Shown here one piece after another: positions 51,401 through 61,754 of a stretch of 64,000 nucleotides of DNA. Below the pieces are notes generated by a model, which worked only from the letters and a program-made list of their open reading frames with translations, had not been told where the DNA came from and made no database searches. The DNA is from Pristiophorus japonicus (Eukaryota), in assembly GCF_044704955.1 (NCBI RefSeq), contig NC_091988.1, positions 160,146,001-160,210,000 of the forward strand, in the 5' to 3' direction. Positions within the stretch are counted from its first letter, which is position 1. Each line of letters begins with the position of its first letter. A program made the position numbers and the translations under genes.

Positions 51401-54400
51401 GTCACTACCTCTGTCCTTTTTCCTTTTTAATGCACTCTGAACTTTCTCAGCACTTAATATGGCGATAGCTCCTTTTTTCTGCTCTTCGGGTGGCTGTTTC
51501 TTTCTTTTATGTTGTGGTTGTTGCTGTATTATTCTTTCATTTTGTGGTTAAGGCTTTCTTTTCTGTCTGATGGTGCTGGTAGCTTTCAGCTTTCTTTCTA
51601 CAGCATCTTCTGCTGGCCCTGATGTGGCAACTTTCTCTGTCCCAGGTTTAGTTATTTGCAAGCCCGAGGAATAATCAACATCAACATCACCACCGCCACC
51701 ACCAGCATTGCTAACACACCCCCGACAGCTATCTTGCCAAGACCACCGTCCCAGTGCTAGTAAAATGCAAGACTTCCACTGTTCTCAAACTCTAGACCCC
51801 CTCACCCCACCTATGCTGTCAGAATTCAGGAACGATCCAAGTATTCCTCCATCATCCCCGAGTGCTCCCTGATCCTAGGATATGCCTGACTTTTTTTTTA
51901 AACTACACTCAGTTTTTGCCAGTACTGACATCCACCTGTAGGGTGGTGTCAGACAGACTCTCTCCCCTGCAGTGCATCAACAACCCAATGCTGCTAACCC
52001 GCTGAGGCCCCATTCACCATGAGTACTTACAGATGGCTACCCTTCATCCAGTACTTTCGTATCCCATCCCTTACTCCACTCCTTCCATGGAACAGCTTCC
52101 TGGTTGGGTATTTCCAATGTTTAAACCTGTCATTTTTGGACAGAAGGTGATGCCAAAAGAATTTGTGAGAGGGAAAGAAACAGAGAAACAGTTACAGGAA
52201 GAGATGACCCAATATCACAGAGGATCAAATGTTGTAATACATTCTCTGTTGCACGGCATAATGCTCTCATGTCAATATAAAATTGCATATCCCCCAATGA
52301 AGCATCAGCGATGACATGTGAGATCTGCCAAAATTATTGGTTAAACATTTTTTTTGTTGATTTAGTTCTGAGTACAATCCATATAAAAATTCTTCATTGG
52401 TTAAATGCAATTTAATATTTTTTTAGCTTTTTTTTGCAAGAGTTAAACAGTGCTGTTTTTCACCGGACAAAAATTATTTTCCAATAGTATTTGTAGTGTA
52501 GAGCACAGAGATATTTCAGAAAACTGCACCCCTAACTGATGGCACGATTTTCCAAGAAGCTCCACAGTGGCTTGCACATCAGTTTGAAGTTGCTGCTCTT
52601 TGTAGTGAAGCTGCCACCAGGTATTACCTTTAATTGGCATTAAGGGAGGCCTTGTTCAAAGGTCTCCTAAGCTGGTAGGAAAGCTGACATGTTCAAAAAT
52701 TAAATTTATAGTAAGTTCTTCTTATGATAAGGGAAGAAGGAACAAAAAGTACTTTCCTTCAGCTTTTCTTTCCCTTTTAATAACATACATTTACAGGGTT
52801 GAGTTGATATTAGTATTTTTTGTGAATGTTTGCCCTAAGCATTTGACTATTCTGACTTTCTTCTTATCCCAGCAGTTAATAGTGTGGGATATTTTCCCAA
52901 CTCTGCCTTTTGATAAAATGCGCAATAAGAGAATGGGGCTAGTTTGATACTGTAAAACGTAGCTATTGAAAATGTAACCTACAATGTACGGCAAGCATTT
53001 TATGCCTGTAACCAATGTTCTCTCTAAGCTGCGCGCGAGCTCGGCCGACAGCAAATTTAAAGATACAGCGCAAAAAAAAAAATTTTAGAGGGAACATTGC
53101 CTGCAACTGTCCTTAGATTTTGTGTCCTAGTTTTAAAACCAATTGTACAGAAACCCATTACCAATTGTTTAATTTTGTCACACATTCGCAGGCTAGTAAG
53201 CGGTCGACGGTGGAATTGTGTGGAAGAAGTGATGGTAACATTAAAGTAATATTTCCTGCTGTGGAGATACCATGCGACTGGTCATCTGGAATGCTTGCTC
53301 CTATCAGACCCGGAGACTATATATCAGTGCAAGTAAGTGAATAACTGAGGTTTTGTAGGAATACTCCTGATGTGCATTGCATGTTTGTGAAATTATGTCA
53401 CATTTTTGTAGAATACAAAATATGCAGTGCAAGCAAAACAGGTATTACATTAATGGTTTTTATTCGTCAAACTGTTTTTAAGTTATGGGGAAGCAGAACG
53501 TCTGCGTCTGTATATCAAACTATTCTATTAATACAACAGAAAATATTGCAAGAATACTGTTAGCCAAATCTCTTGAGGCTTGTTAAAAAATCTTTGAAAC
53601 AATGACCATTTTATAAAGAAAATGTTTACTTTGTTAATGGAGACCTAAACATCTTGTTTTAGAGAGCATGATATGACCTACCACTGCATTACTTCGAAGA
53701 GGCTGTAACAACAGTTTGTGCATCTAATACTGCACCTGCCAGTGTAGCACTGATAACATTACTGCATCAGTGTGCAGTTACTGTTGCCCTATTGTTTATT
53801 AGGAATACCTCCGCAGGTCGGGATGTAAAAGAGCTGGAGCGCCGGGCCCTGGAACATCGTGGCCCCCCCGACCTGCAAGAGAACAGCTCCGCAGGTCGGG
53901 CTATAAAAGAGCTGGAGCGACATACCACTTCAACCTCCAGTGCGAGCTGCTCCAAGTGTGCGACAATTTTGAGATGGGCGACTGGATGACATCATCAAAA
54001 CCCTGGTCGCCGTTTTGGAGTGTGGGTAGGAACATCGGCAGGACCCAGGTACAGAGGAGTGGGAAGGTTGGGGCGGAGCGGATGAGTGGCAAGTGTTTGT
54101 GGCGAGATGCGGTGAATGTTTATGGCGATGAGCGGCAAGAGATTGTGGCGGAGGTGCGACAGATGAGGGTACGGGGCCCAGAAGAACCGAAGGCCCAGGT
54201 GCAGTACAAGCCTGCTCACACTGTAATATGTGAGCGCGCTAGGTCCGTGCAGCAGAGTAGGTCTCCAGTCGTCTTGGTTAATCCTTGCCACTGGACCAAG
54301 GCCTAGCTCTGTCAAGCCTGTGTAGTGGCTAGTGTGCAACGGTCACCACGTTGTTAAAATTCACGCACGGGTATCTTCCACCCCTCAATTGGAGTTCAGG

Positions 54401-57400
54401 ACTGGAACATCGGGTCCTTCATCGAAACACCTGTGAACTCGTGGAAGCAAGTCATCCTCGTTCGAGGGACCGTCTATGCTTGTTTATTTTGCTGTGGAGT
54501 GGTGGTGCAAGTTTTGAAATACTGGCACAGAGCACAGCTATTGACCACCAACTGATTCACATCACCACTTTTCAATTCCGAAGAGCTGACAAGACAGTCA
54601 ACTCTCTTCACTTGCAGAAATTACAAGGTAGTTTGTTTTATTACCAAAATATTATTTTTATTTTTTTGTTAAAATTAAGTTTAAAGAGCAGGCTTTGCAT
54701 TGTTTGCAGTTATATTGTTGCCAAGTATCAGCAGAACAGAGCACTGGCCATCTTATTACTGATGTGGCATCAGTGCCAAAGGTGCAGTTTAAGGACAGCT
54801 TAACTAAGTAACTTTGTGAATTGGTGTGTTTGTATGTTTGAAAGATATTGTGATTGACTTCGTATATTTGAGATTTATGTTAAATGTGAGACAGTGAGGC
54901 CAATATGGTCTTGTAGGCAAATAAGTCTTGGAAAATTGTAATTTTATATTTTGTAATAAATTTATTTTGAGCTATTGCCATTCCAATTTATGAAGTATTT
55001 CTCCTTCCTTCCTCTAATGATTCATTGAGTTATATTTCCATGTATGATTTGCTCAGTTCAATAACTTTCTCGAGGAGCTATTATTTGTTATTGAAGCCAG
55101 ACATTTACATTGTTTTGAATGTGGGGTCCATCACAGTCAAGCCTGAATTTCTCACCCGACAACATCAGGAAAGGATGAACAAGACTGGGTCTCCTTTTTT
55201 TTTCTCTTGAAAAGAGGAGGCTATGGGGTGATCTAATAGAGGTCTTTAAAATTATGAAAGATTTTGATAGAGTAGACACAGAGAGTGCTTCCACTTGTGG
55301 GGATGGGGAAGAGCAAAACTAGAGGCCATCAATATAACATGGTCACTAATAAATCCAGTACACAATCCAAGAGAAACTTTTTTACCCAGAGATTAGTTAC
55401 AATGGCCCCAAGTTTCCACATGATTTGCTCCTGATTTTTAGGAGCAACTGGTGTAGAACGGAGTATCTTAGAAATTGGAATTCTCGTCATTTAGTTTGCT
55501 CCAGTTCTAGTCAGTTAGAACAGTTTCACTTTGGAACAGAATTTCTTTTTCAAAAGGGGGCGTGTCCGGCCACTTGCGCCTGTTTTCAAAGTTTCGTCAG
55601 TGAAAACTTACTCCAAACTAACTTAGAATGGAGTAAGTGAAGATTTTTGTACGCTCCAAAAAACCTTGTCTACACTTTAGAAAATCATGCGTAGTTTACA
55701 AATCAGGCGTAGGGAATGGTGGGGGGGGGGGGTGTTTAAAGGGAAGTTTACAAACATTAAACACTTCAGTTTTACAAATAAAGAGCCATCATCAATAATA
55801 AATGATAAATACATCAATAAATCAATCAAAAAAAATTAATAAGAAATAAAAAAAAATTTTAATCAATAAATAAAACATTTTCTACTTACCGACTGCAGCA
55901 CCGGGAGCCCTCCAACAGCGTGCTGGGATGCCCCTCTCAGTGTGTCTCTGTCAGTGTCTCTATCTCTCTGTCTGTCTGTGTATCTCATTCTCTGTCTGTC
56001 AGTGTCTGTGTTTCTGACAGCGAGGGGGGAGTAGGGGGAGGAAGGGGGGAGGGTGGGAGAAAGGAGAATTGGGGGGGGGGAAGGAGATTGGGGGGTGGGG
56101 GGGAAGGAGAAGGAGGAGGGAGGCTGAACGGGCCGGGCCCGAGACTTCGGGCAGGGCCCGTCCCCAGCACCAGATTTACAGGTAGGTGGCGTTGGGTCGG
56201 GCCGGGGGGGTGGTGGGAGGGAGGTCGGTTCGGTTTGGGTCGGAGGGAGGGAGGGAGAGGGAGGTCAGGTCGGGAGGAGGGAGGTCAAGTCGGGACCGGG
56301 GCGGGTGTCGGGTCCGGTCCGGGGAGGGGCGGGTGTCGGGTCCGGTCCGGGGGGGGTGTCGGGTCCGGTCCGGAGGCGGGAGTCGAGTCGGGTCGGGAGG
56401 AAGCAGGAGCTGGCCGTGGGAGGAGCCTTATTCATGCAGCCCCAGTGAGGCCATTCGGTGAGGGCTAGGGGCTGTGTGCTTCGGGCCCCTCCCACACAGT
56501 TTCGCGCACCTGGAGCTACTGCACTTGCGCGCCCAATGTAGCGCGCATGTGCAGAGGTCCCGGCACTGTTTTCAGCGCAGGGACCTGGCTCCGCCCCCGA
56601 CAGCTCCTGCTGCGCTGCGCCGAGGGCCAGAAGACCTGCAGGGAGGTGGAGAATCTGGAGGTTTTTTTAGGCGCACTTTGTGGCGTGAAAAACGGGCGTC
56701 CAGGTCGGGACTGCGCCGTTCTAGGCGCGGCTCGAAACTTGGGCCCAATGTGCCACTTGCTACCACATGGAGTAGATGAGATGAACAGCAGCACGGACTA
56801 TTAATCCAGAGGCCTGAACGAATGATCCAGCGACGTGAGATGAAATCCCATCATGAAAGCTGGGTAATTTAAATTAAGTTAATAAATAAAATCTGGAATA
56901 AAAAATAGTATCAGTAATGGTGACTATGTAACTACTGGATTGTTGTAAAAACACATCTGGTTCACTAATGTCAATTAGGGAAGGAAATCTGACTTCCTTA
57001 CCCGGTCTGGTCTATATGTGACACCAGATCCACAGCAATGTAGTTGACTCTTAACTGCCCTCTGAAATGGTCTAGCAAGCCACTCAATTAAGGGCAATTG
57101 GGGATGCGCAATAAATGCTGGCCTCGCCAGCGACGCCCACACCTCTTGAATGAATTTTTAAAATGAATAGCATAGATGCATTTAAGGGGAAGCTAGATAA
57201 ACACGAAGGAGAAAGGAATAGAAGGAGGACATGGACAGATTTGAAAACAAGTATGAGAACTTTAAAATTGAAGCGTTGCTGGAGTGGGAGCCAATGTAGG
57301 TCAGCAAGCACAGGGGCGATGGGTGAACAGGACATGGTGCGAATTAGGATACAGGCAGTAGAGTTTTAGATGAGTTCAAGTTTATGGAGGGTGGAAGATG

Positions 57401-60234
57401 GGAAGCTGGCCAGGAGTGCAGTAAAATAGTCGAGTCTGGAAATAACAAAAGTATGGTTGAGGGTTTCAGCAGCAGATTAGCTGGGGCAGCGTTGGAGATG
57501 GGCGATGTTACAAAGGTGGAAGTAGGTAGTCTGGGTGATGGAGCGGATATGTGGTCGGAAGCTCATCTCGGTGTCAAATAGGATGCTAACGGTCTGGTTC
57601 AGCCTCAGTGATCAAGGAGTGGGATAGAGTCGGTGGTTAGGGAACGGAATTTGCTGCAGGGACAATCGCTTTGGTCTTCCCAATGTTTAATTGGAGAGAA
57701 TTTCTGTTCATCTAGTACTGGATGTCGGAGAAACTGTCTGACAATTTAGAAACAGTGGAGGGGTCGAGAGAGATGGTGGTGAGGTAGAGCTGCCTGTCAT
57801 CAGCGTACGTGTGGAACCTGATGTATTTTCCAATTATAAGAAATAATAGGGGACAAGGACAAATCCTTGAGGGACTCCAGTGGTAATGCTGCAGGAGCGG
57901 GAAGAGAAGCCATTGCAGGTGATTGTCTGGCTATAACTACATAGATAAAAATGGAACCAGGCGGGAGCAATCACACCAGCTGGATGATGGAGGAGGGTGG
58001 TGTGGTCAACCGTGTCAAAGAATGCAGACGAGTAGATAAGGATGAGAAGGGACAGTTTACCACGGTCATAGTCACATAAAATGTCATTTGTGACTTTGGC
58101 TAGAATGCATGAACTCATTTCTCTTATTTGGAAGGAGGAGAGCATGCCAGGGGATCTCAGCGACGTCATAATCGTGACCATCTTCAAGAAAGGGGACAAG
58201 TCCGATTATGGTAATTACAGAGGAGTTTCCCAACTGTATGCCACAGGAAAAGTCATCGCAAGAATCTTCCTCAACTGCCTTCTCCCTGTAGCTGAAGAGC
58301 TCCTCCCAAAGTCGCAATGCGGATTCCGCCAACTAAGGGGCACAATGGACATGATCACCGTGTGTCAAATCCAAGAGAAATGCAGGGAACAACATCAACC
58401 TCTACATGGCCTTCGACACTGTCAACCCTGAGGGATTATGGAGCGTTCTCCTCAAGTTCAGCTGCCCTCAAAAGTTTGTCACTATCTGCCTCACGATGAC
58501 ATGCAAGCCGTAATCCTGACCAATGGATCCACGACAGACCGAATTCACGTACGGACCGGGGTCAAGCAAGGCTGTGTCGTCGCACCAACGCTCTTTTCGA
58601 TTTTCCATGCTGCAATGCTCCACCTCACCCTCAGTAAGCTCCCCGCTGGAGTGGAGCTAATCTACAGAACGAACGAGAAACTGTTCAACCTCTCGCCTGC
58701 AGTCCAGATCCAAGGTCGTCCCATCCTCTGTCATTGAATTACAGTACGCAGACGACGGTTGCATCTGCGCACACTCTGAGGCTGAACTCCAAACCATCAT
58801 CAACAATTTCACGAAGCGTACGAGAGCATGGGCCTCGCACTAAACATCCGTAAGACAAAGGCCTCTACCAACCTGCCCCCACCACACAGTAACGCCCCCG
58901 ATTATCAAAATCCACTGGACAATGTGGACCATTTTCCATACCTCGGGAGCCTACTGTCAACAAGGACAGATGTCGATGACAAAGTCCAACACCGCCTTCA
59001 GTGTGCCAGTGCAGTTTTTGGTCGCCCGAGGAAGAGAGTGTTTGAAGACCAGGGCCTCAAACCTGGCACCAAGCTCATGGTCTACAGAGCAGTAGTGGTA
59101 CCCACCCTCCTATATGCTTCAGAGACATGGACTATGTACAGCAGGTACCTCGAAGCACTGGAGAAGTACCACCAATGCTGTCTCCGCAAGATCCTGCAAA
59201 TCCACGCCAGCATCTCCAGCATCAAAGCATTGACCACGCTCGATCAGCTCCAATGGATGGGCCACATTGTCCGCATGCCCGATTCGAAACTCCCAAAACA
59301 AGCTCTCTACTCTGAGCTCTGACACAGTAAGCGAGCCCCAGGTGGGCAGAGGAAATGCTTCAAGGACACCCTCAAAGCCTCCTTGGAAAAAGTGCAACAT
59401 CTCCACCGACACCTGGGAATCCCTGACCCAAGACTGCTCAAAGTGGAGGAAAAGCATCCGGGAAGGCACCAAACACCTAGAGTCTCTTTGCCGGGAGCAA
59501 GTGGCAGGAGCGCATGACAACCCAAGCACCTCATCCAACATCCCTTCAACTACCATCTGCCCCACCTGTGACACAGACTCGGTCCCTCATTGGACTCATC
59601 AGTCACCCAAGAACTCATTTTTAGTGTGGAAGTAAGTCATCCTTGACTCCGAGGGACTGCCTAAAAAGAATAGTAATTTCAATACCTTGATGGGGGCGAA
59701 TTCTTGATTTCAGGGGGTTCAGTACAAACACTATTTTCAGCAGAGATCACTAAATGAAAAATCTTGAGTGGCATTTATTTATGCAGTCCTTAGCCTGATG
59801 GTGCTGGGGTCAATTATATAGCCATTAAAAAAAAATAATGGCTCCTGACTGAGCCTTTAACCCAACCTGCTGCAAGGTTCTATCAGTACTGTGCTTGACT
59901 GGCCCACTGGGACGTACATCAGAGCAGCTCAGATTCACTTTGTTGCTGATATATTGCTTTCTCTTCTCTTTCCTCCTCCCTCCCCCCCCCCCCCACCAAA
60001 GAAAGTGGTAATTGCAAATATATGAACTATTTTAAATAGCATGAAATTATTATTTGTTTTCAATAAAATAAACTGTGTTATGGATAATATTGAATTCAAT
60101 TGTTGTGCCTTTATTTTCAGATAACATCTGCCAGTTCTCAAAGTTTAAAGGGTGCCCCCATCTGCCATACAACACTGAACGATTCAGCAAAGATGATATC
60201 TAAACAATTGCGAACTGTCAGTAGTGGACAATAA
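24073..60234 (+). CDS. CDK5RAP1: CDK5RAP1, mitochondrial tRNA 2-methylthiotransferase (MiaB family): 13 coding exons, 1794 nt, about 597 aa
   Basis: Manually spliced exons translate to [18 protein letters not shown] / [17 protein letters not shown] / [12 protein letters not shown] / radical [11 protein letters not shown] / [13 protein letters not shown] / IHLPAQSGS / [13 protein letters not shown] / C-terminal TRAM domain. All introns are GT-AG and the phases join without a stop. Confidence 0.97.
24830..25070 (-). mobile_element. RTE-tailed non-autonomous retroposon (family of 53806-54480)
   Basis: catcatcataggcagtccctc tail; reverse-complement similarity to 54240-54480. Confidence 0.7.
26040..26990 (+). 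mobile_element. CR1 LINE 3' fragment
   Basis: [23 protein letters not shown]...; tail tttctatgtttctat. Confidence 0.93.
27648..27751 (+). CDS. CDK5RAP1: CDK5RAP1 exon 2
   Basis: ttttcag|(V)[34 protein letters not shown]|gtaaac. Confidence 0.97.
28668..29095 (+). mobile_element. CR1 LINE 3' fragment
   Basis: [20 protein letters not shown]; tail ttcttatgttcttatg. Confidence 0.9.
30537..30571 (+). CDS. CDK5RAP1: CDK5RAP1 exon 3 (35 nt)
   Basis: ttgcag|[11 protein letters not shown](R)|gtatct. Confidence 0.95.
30655..31105 (-). mobile_element. CR1 3' fragment
   Basis: [27 protein letters not shown] on the minus strand. Confidence 0.85.
31474..31574 (+). CDS. CDK5RAP1: CDK5RAP1 exon 4
   Basis: ttgcag|[33 protein letters not shown]|gtaagt. 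Confidence 0.96.
31860..32490 (-). mobile_element. L2-type LINE endonuclease fragment
   Basis: [21 protein letters not shown]...ISDHFL. Confidence 0.75.
32490..33044. mobile_element. Second, 5'-truncated copy of the MITE at 3208-3945
   Basis: Colinear similarity (cacagacagcgaacaa, gaagagccaaagttt, atcccgaagtt); right TIR gcaaattccaggcc. Confidence 0.8.
33277..33355. repeat. Perfect 37-bp inverted repeat with 5-nt loop
   Basis: tgaatagtgcgtcatataggtatgaagatctgttgct-cctaa-agcaacagatcttcatacctatatgacgcactattca. Confidence 0.95.
34663..34873 (+). CDS. CDK5RAP1: CDK5RAP1 exon 5
   Basis: atag|(G)[33 protein letters not shown]...KSAF|gtatgt. Confidence 0.96.
35190..35745 (+). mobile_element. CR1 3' fragment
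   Basis: [32 protein letters not shown]. Confidence 0.85.
36336..36456 (+). CDS. CDK5RAP1: CDK5RAP1 exon 6 (radical SAM CxxxCxxC)
   Basis: tctag|[40 protein letters not shown]|gtaacc. Confidence 0.97.
37638..37868 (+). CDS. CDK5RAP1: CDK5RAP1 exon 7
   Basis: ttacag|[15 protein letters not shown]...[15 protein letters not shown]|gtataa. Confidence 0.97.
37894..38470. mobile_element. Tc1/mariner-type MITE (family of 48472-48793)
   Basis: CAGGTGCAATGTCC ... GGATGTTATACCTA termini; internal repeated ggattccggattt motifs. Confidence 0.7.
39007..39104 (+). CDS. CDK5RAP1: CDK5RAP1 exon 8
   Basis: tcatag|[32 protein letters not shown]|gtaaac. Confidence 0.96.
40414..40469 (+). CDS. CDK5RAP1: CDK5RAP1 exon 9
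   Basis: cacag|[18 protein letters not shown]|gtaact. Confidence 0.95.
41630..41760 (+). CDS. CDK5RAP1: CDK5RAP1 exon 10
   Basis: aacag|(G)[43 protein letters not shown]|gtgagc. Confidence 0.96.
42471..42620 (+). CDS. CDK5RAP1: CDK5RAP1 exon 11
   Basis: ttctag|[50 protein letters not shown]|gtaagt. Confidence 0.96.
43145..43517 (-). pseudogene. KIF15: Processed KIF15 fragment (end of kinesin motor domain and neck)
   Basis: [10 protein letters not shown]/frameshift/[71 protein letters not shown] closely resembles the KIF15 motor C-terminus; no introns. Confidence 0.9.
43518..44574 (+). mobile_element. Highly deleted retrovirus-like (ERV) internal region: gag-stop/pro remnant, RT start, env TM remnant, PPT and 27-bp LTR stub
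   Basis: TAG-GGA-TGC-CCG at 43546; [10 protein letters not shown] (RT N-terminal-like); [41 protein letters not shown] (membrane-proximal region plus TM helix); purine tract aagagaataagtggtggaa followed by TGTGGGAGCG, which matches the LTR at 50795. Confidence 0.72.
45415..45445. repeat. (CA)n microsatellite
   Basis: About 15 CA units. Confidence 0.9.
46565..48284 (-). pseudogene. KIF15: Processed KIF15 fragment (C-terminal coiled coil to stop codon), several frameshifts
   Basis: [10 protein letters not shown]..., NVQLQLDKL...[53 protein letters not shown] across 1.7 kb of uninterrupted, intronless sequence. Confidence 0.9.
48472..48793. mobile_element. Tc1/mariner-type MITE with TA target duplication
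   Basis: TA|CAGGTGCAATGTCC ... GGACTTTGTACCTG|TA. Confidence 0.85.
50150..50703 (-). mobile_element. RTE LINE 3' fragment
   Basis: [26 protein letters not shown]...[12 protein letters not shown]; (GAT)n tail. Confidence 0.9.
50795..51341 (+). mobile_element. Solo LTR (about 547 bp) of the same ERV family
   Basis: TG...CA ends, TATAAA near 51129, AATAAA near 51255, 5-bp flanks GTCGT/GCCGT; the first 27 nt match 44548-44574 at 26/27. Confidence 0.8.
53013..53099. mobile_element. 87-bp hAT-type MITE
   Basis: TIRs CAATGTTC(T/C)CTCTAA; 8-bp target duplication CCTGTAAC/CCTGCAAC. Confidence 0.85.
53192..53332 (+). CDS. CDK5RAP1: CDK5RAP1 exon 12 (TRAM domain)
   Basis: cgcag|[22 protein letters not shown]...RPGDYISVQ|gtaagt. 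Confidence 0.96.
53806..54480 (+). mobile_element. RTE-tailed non-autonomous retroposon with a tandemly duplicated 5' unit
   Basis: 3' gcaagtcatcctcg..cgagggac..ctatg tail like the RTE copies; duplicated ctccgcaggtcggg..taaaagagctggagcg head. Confidence 0.7.
55404..56746. mobile_element. Harbinger-type non-autonomous element
   Basis: TIRs GG(C/G)CCCAAGTTTC, AAT target duplication, G-rich internal (GGGTCC/GGTCG)n array. Confidence 0.88.
56787..57163 (+). mobile_element. SINE sharing its 3' tail with the LINE at 16130-18690
   Basis: Tail agggcaattggggatgcgcaataaatgctggcctcgccagcgacgcccac matches the reverse complement of 16140-16205. Confidence 0.75.
57230..58097 (-). mobile_element. L2 LINE RT fragment
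   Basis: [36 protein letters not shown]. Confidence 0.85.
58098..59670 (+). mobile_element. RTE LINE (5'-truncated, decayed)
   Basis: [42 protein letters not shown]; tail aagtcatccttgactccgagggactgcc. Confidence 0.92.
60121..60234 (+). CDS. CDK5RAP1: CDK5RAP1 last coding exon
   Basis: ttttcag|[37 protein letters not shown]. Confidence 0.94.
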   Translation: MTSASSQSLKGAPICHTTLNDSAKMISKQLRTVSSGQ

Positions 60235-60500
60235 CATTTATCCAGGACAGAAGTTGAAAGAAAAGTCTTTTATGTGCTGAAAGATAATTTGGAGAAAGTA
60301 TCAAGTATGTGCTTCAGCACTTGATATAATACTGAGGATTGCAAAGTGGAACTTGATGCATTCTTTCACCATTGAGGAAGTACATGTCATTTGGAATTCA
60401 CAGCCAGTGCGTCTGTGCTTTTTGAGTTCAGATCCTGATGATGAGTTCACTTCCAATTCAAATCGGAGATGTGATTAAAGGCTTCAGATACTTGGTTGGT

Positions 60501-60511
60501 ATTAAAATAAA
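60501..60511 (+). terminator. Candidate polyadenylation signal of CDK5RAP1 (overlapping ATTAAA/AATAAA)
   Basis: attaaaataaa about 270 nt after the stop codon; usage not verified. Confidence 0.4.
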
Positions 60512-60952
60512 TGTAACAAATTATTCTGGTGATGAGAGACAAATAATTGTAAAAGTAATACATATGTACTTTGTGATAGAGAGATTTCAAAATGTATGCA
60601 GTTGGTTTCTTTCATTTAGGGTGAGGCATTTTGCAATCAAGCTCGTCAGACTTAAGAAGAAATTGAAATATTGAAGTTGTTCAAATCATTTGATTAATTG
60701 AAATTATTGAGATCTGTTTTCACCTGATTAGTCATTGTGTTTTATTTTGTCTCAGTTAAACCTCAGTAGTCTTTTATCATTTTTCAATCTCAGTAATGGG
60801 GAAGCTACCAATAAGCACTAGCTGTGAATATTGCTTTAGGCCAGTTGATGATTTTATTATTTCTGAAGAATTGTGTGTGCCACTTGTGCATTATATAGTC
60901 TCAGATCTCTTGAGCTTGTTGCCTCCCTCAAGCTCATCCTTCACTTTCCCAG

Positions 60953-61270
60953 TCGCAGCTTTGGCTCAGTGGTAGCATTCAAACCTCTTAAGTTAATGTA
61001 CACTTAAAAAAAAATCCCATTGCACTAGTCAAAGAAGAGCAGGGAGTTCTCAGTGGCTGGGCCAATATTCGTCTCTCAGTCAACACCACAAAAGCAGATT
61101 ATCTGGTCGTTTACCACATTTGCGGTTTGTGGACCGTACTATGTACAATGTTGGCTGCTGCAATGCCTTGCACTACAACAGTGACGATACTTCAAATGTA
61201 CTTCATTGGCTGCAAAGTGCTTTTGGAAGTCCAGAGGACCTGAAAAGACGCTTTATAAATGCAAGTTTTT
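60953..61270 (+). mobile_element. Internally deleted DeuSINE (SacSINE1-like)
   Basis: tggctcagtggtagca head; cagattatctggtc and acgctttataaatgcaagt segments match 5778-6235. Confidence 0.7.
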
Positions 61271-61754
61271 TTAATTTAACATTCCCACCCACTTTCGTGA
61301 TCATCTTTTCAATCTCATCTACACACACAATATCTCTCTGGCCTTTTATCAACAATGAGGTTCTTTCTGAGCACTTCAACTCCCTTCTGGTATATCACCC
61401 TCTTTTTGCTCCAAATGTTTCCACTTCCAACTTGCACCCCTGGACAAAAACTTTCCCAACTCCCTCACAAGCTCTAATCTTTCCTTCTCTAGTCTGCCAG
61501 CTTTGCTGATATTGAAGCCTCTGTCTATCTCTTTCACAACTGCATCATCTCCACCCTTTGCTCCTAAATGATCTTGCTGCTTAAATCTATGAATCTAGCT
61601 CAACTGCACATGGTCTGTGACTGACCTTGCTATCCATCCCCTGATCTAGCTGACCACTGTTAAATTTTTTTAGGGGTTTGCCAAATATTTCCCTTTTGCC
61701 CAGCACTGGAGATCACTCCTGCATGCAAACACTCACCCCCTAGAAACCAGAATA

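Larger units (their letters stand above)
55165..57225 (+). mobile_element. CR1 3' fragment split by a MITE and a SINE
   Basis: [11 protein letters not shown], then ...aatagcatagatgcatttaaggggaagctagat after the inserts. Confidence 0.75.

Noticed and set aside
51346-52320. Further captured coding sequence on the minus strand (Lys/Glu-rich short frames)
   Set aside because: Frames are short, interrupted and not recognisable to me; a TBLASTX search would be needed.
42855-52510. Terminal inverted repeats bounding the whole KIF15/ERV composite (tattggaaaa vs ttttccaata; gagttaa as a piggyBac-like end)
   Set aside because: Only about 10 bp of AT-rich match and no TSD; compatible with chance.
55920-56804. 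Gly/Arg-rich ORFs and apparent CpG island
   Set aside because: Low-complexity interior of a TIR-bounded non-autonomous element.
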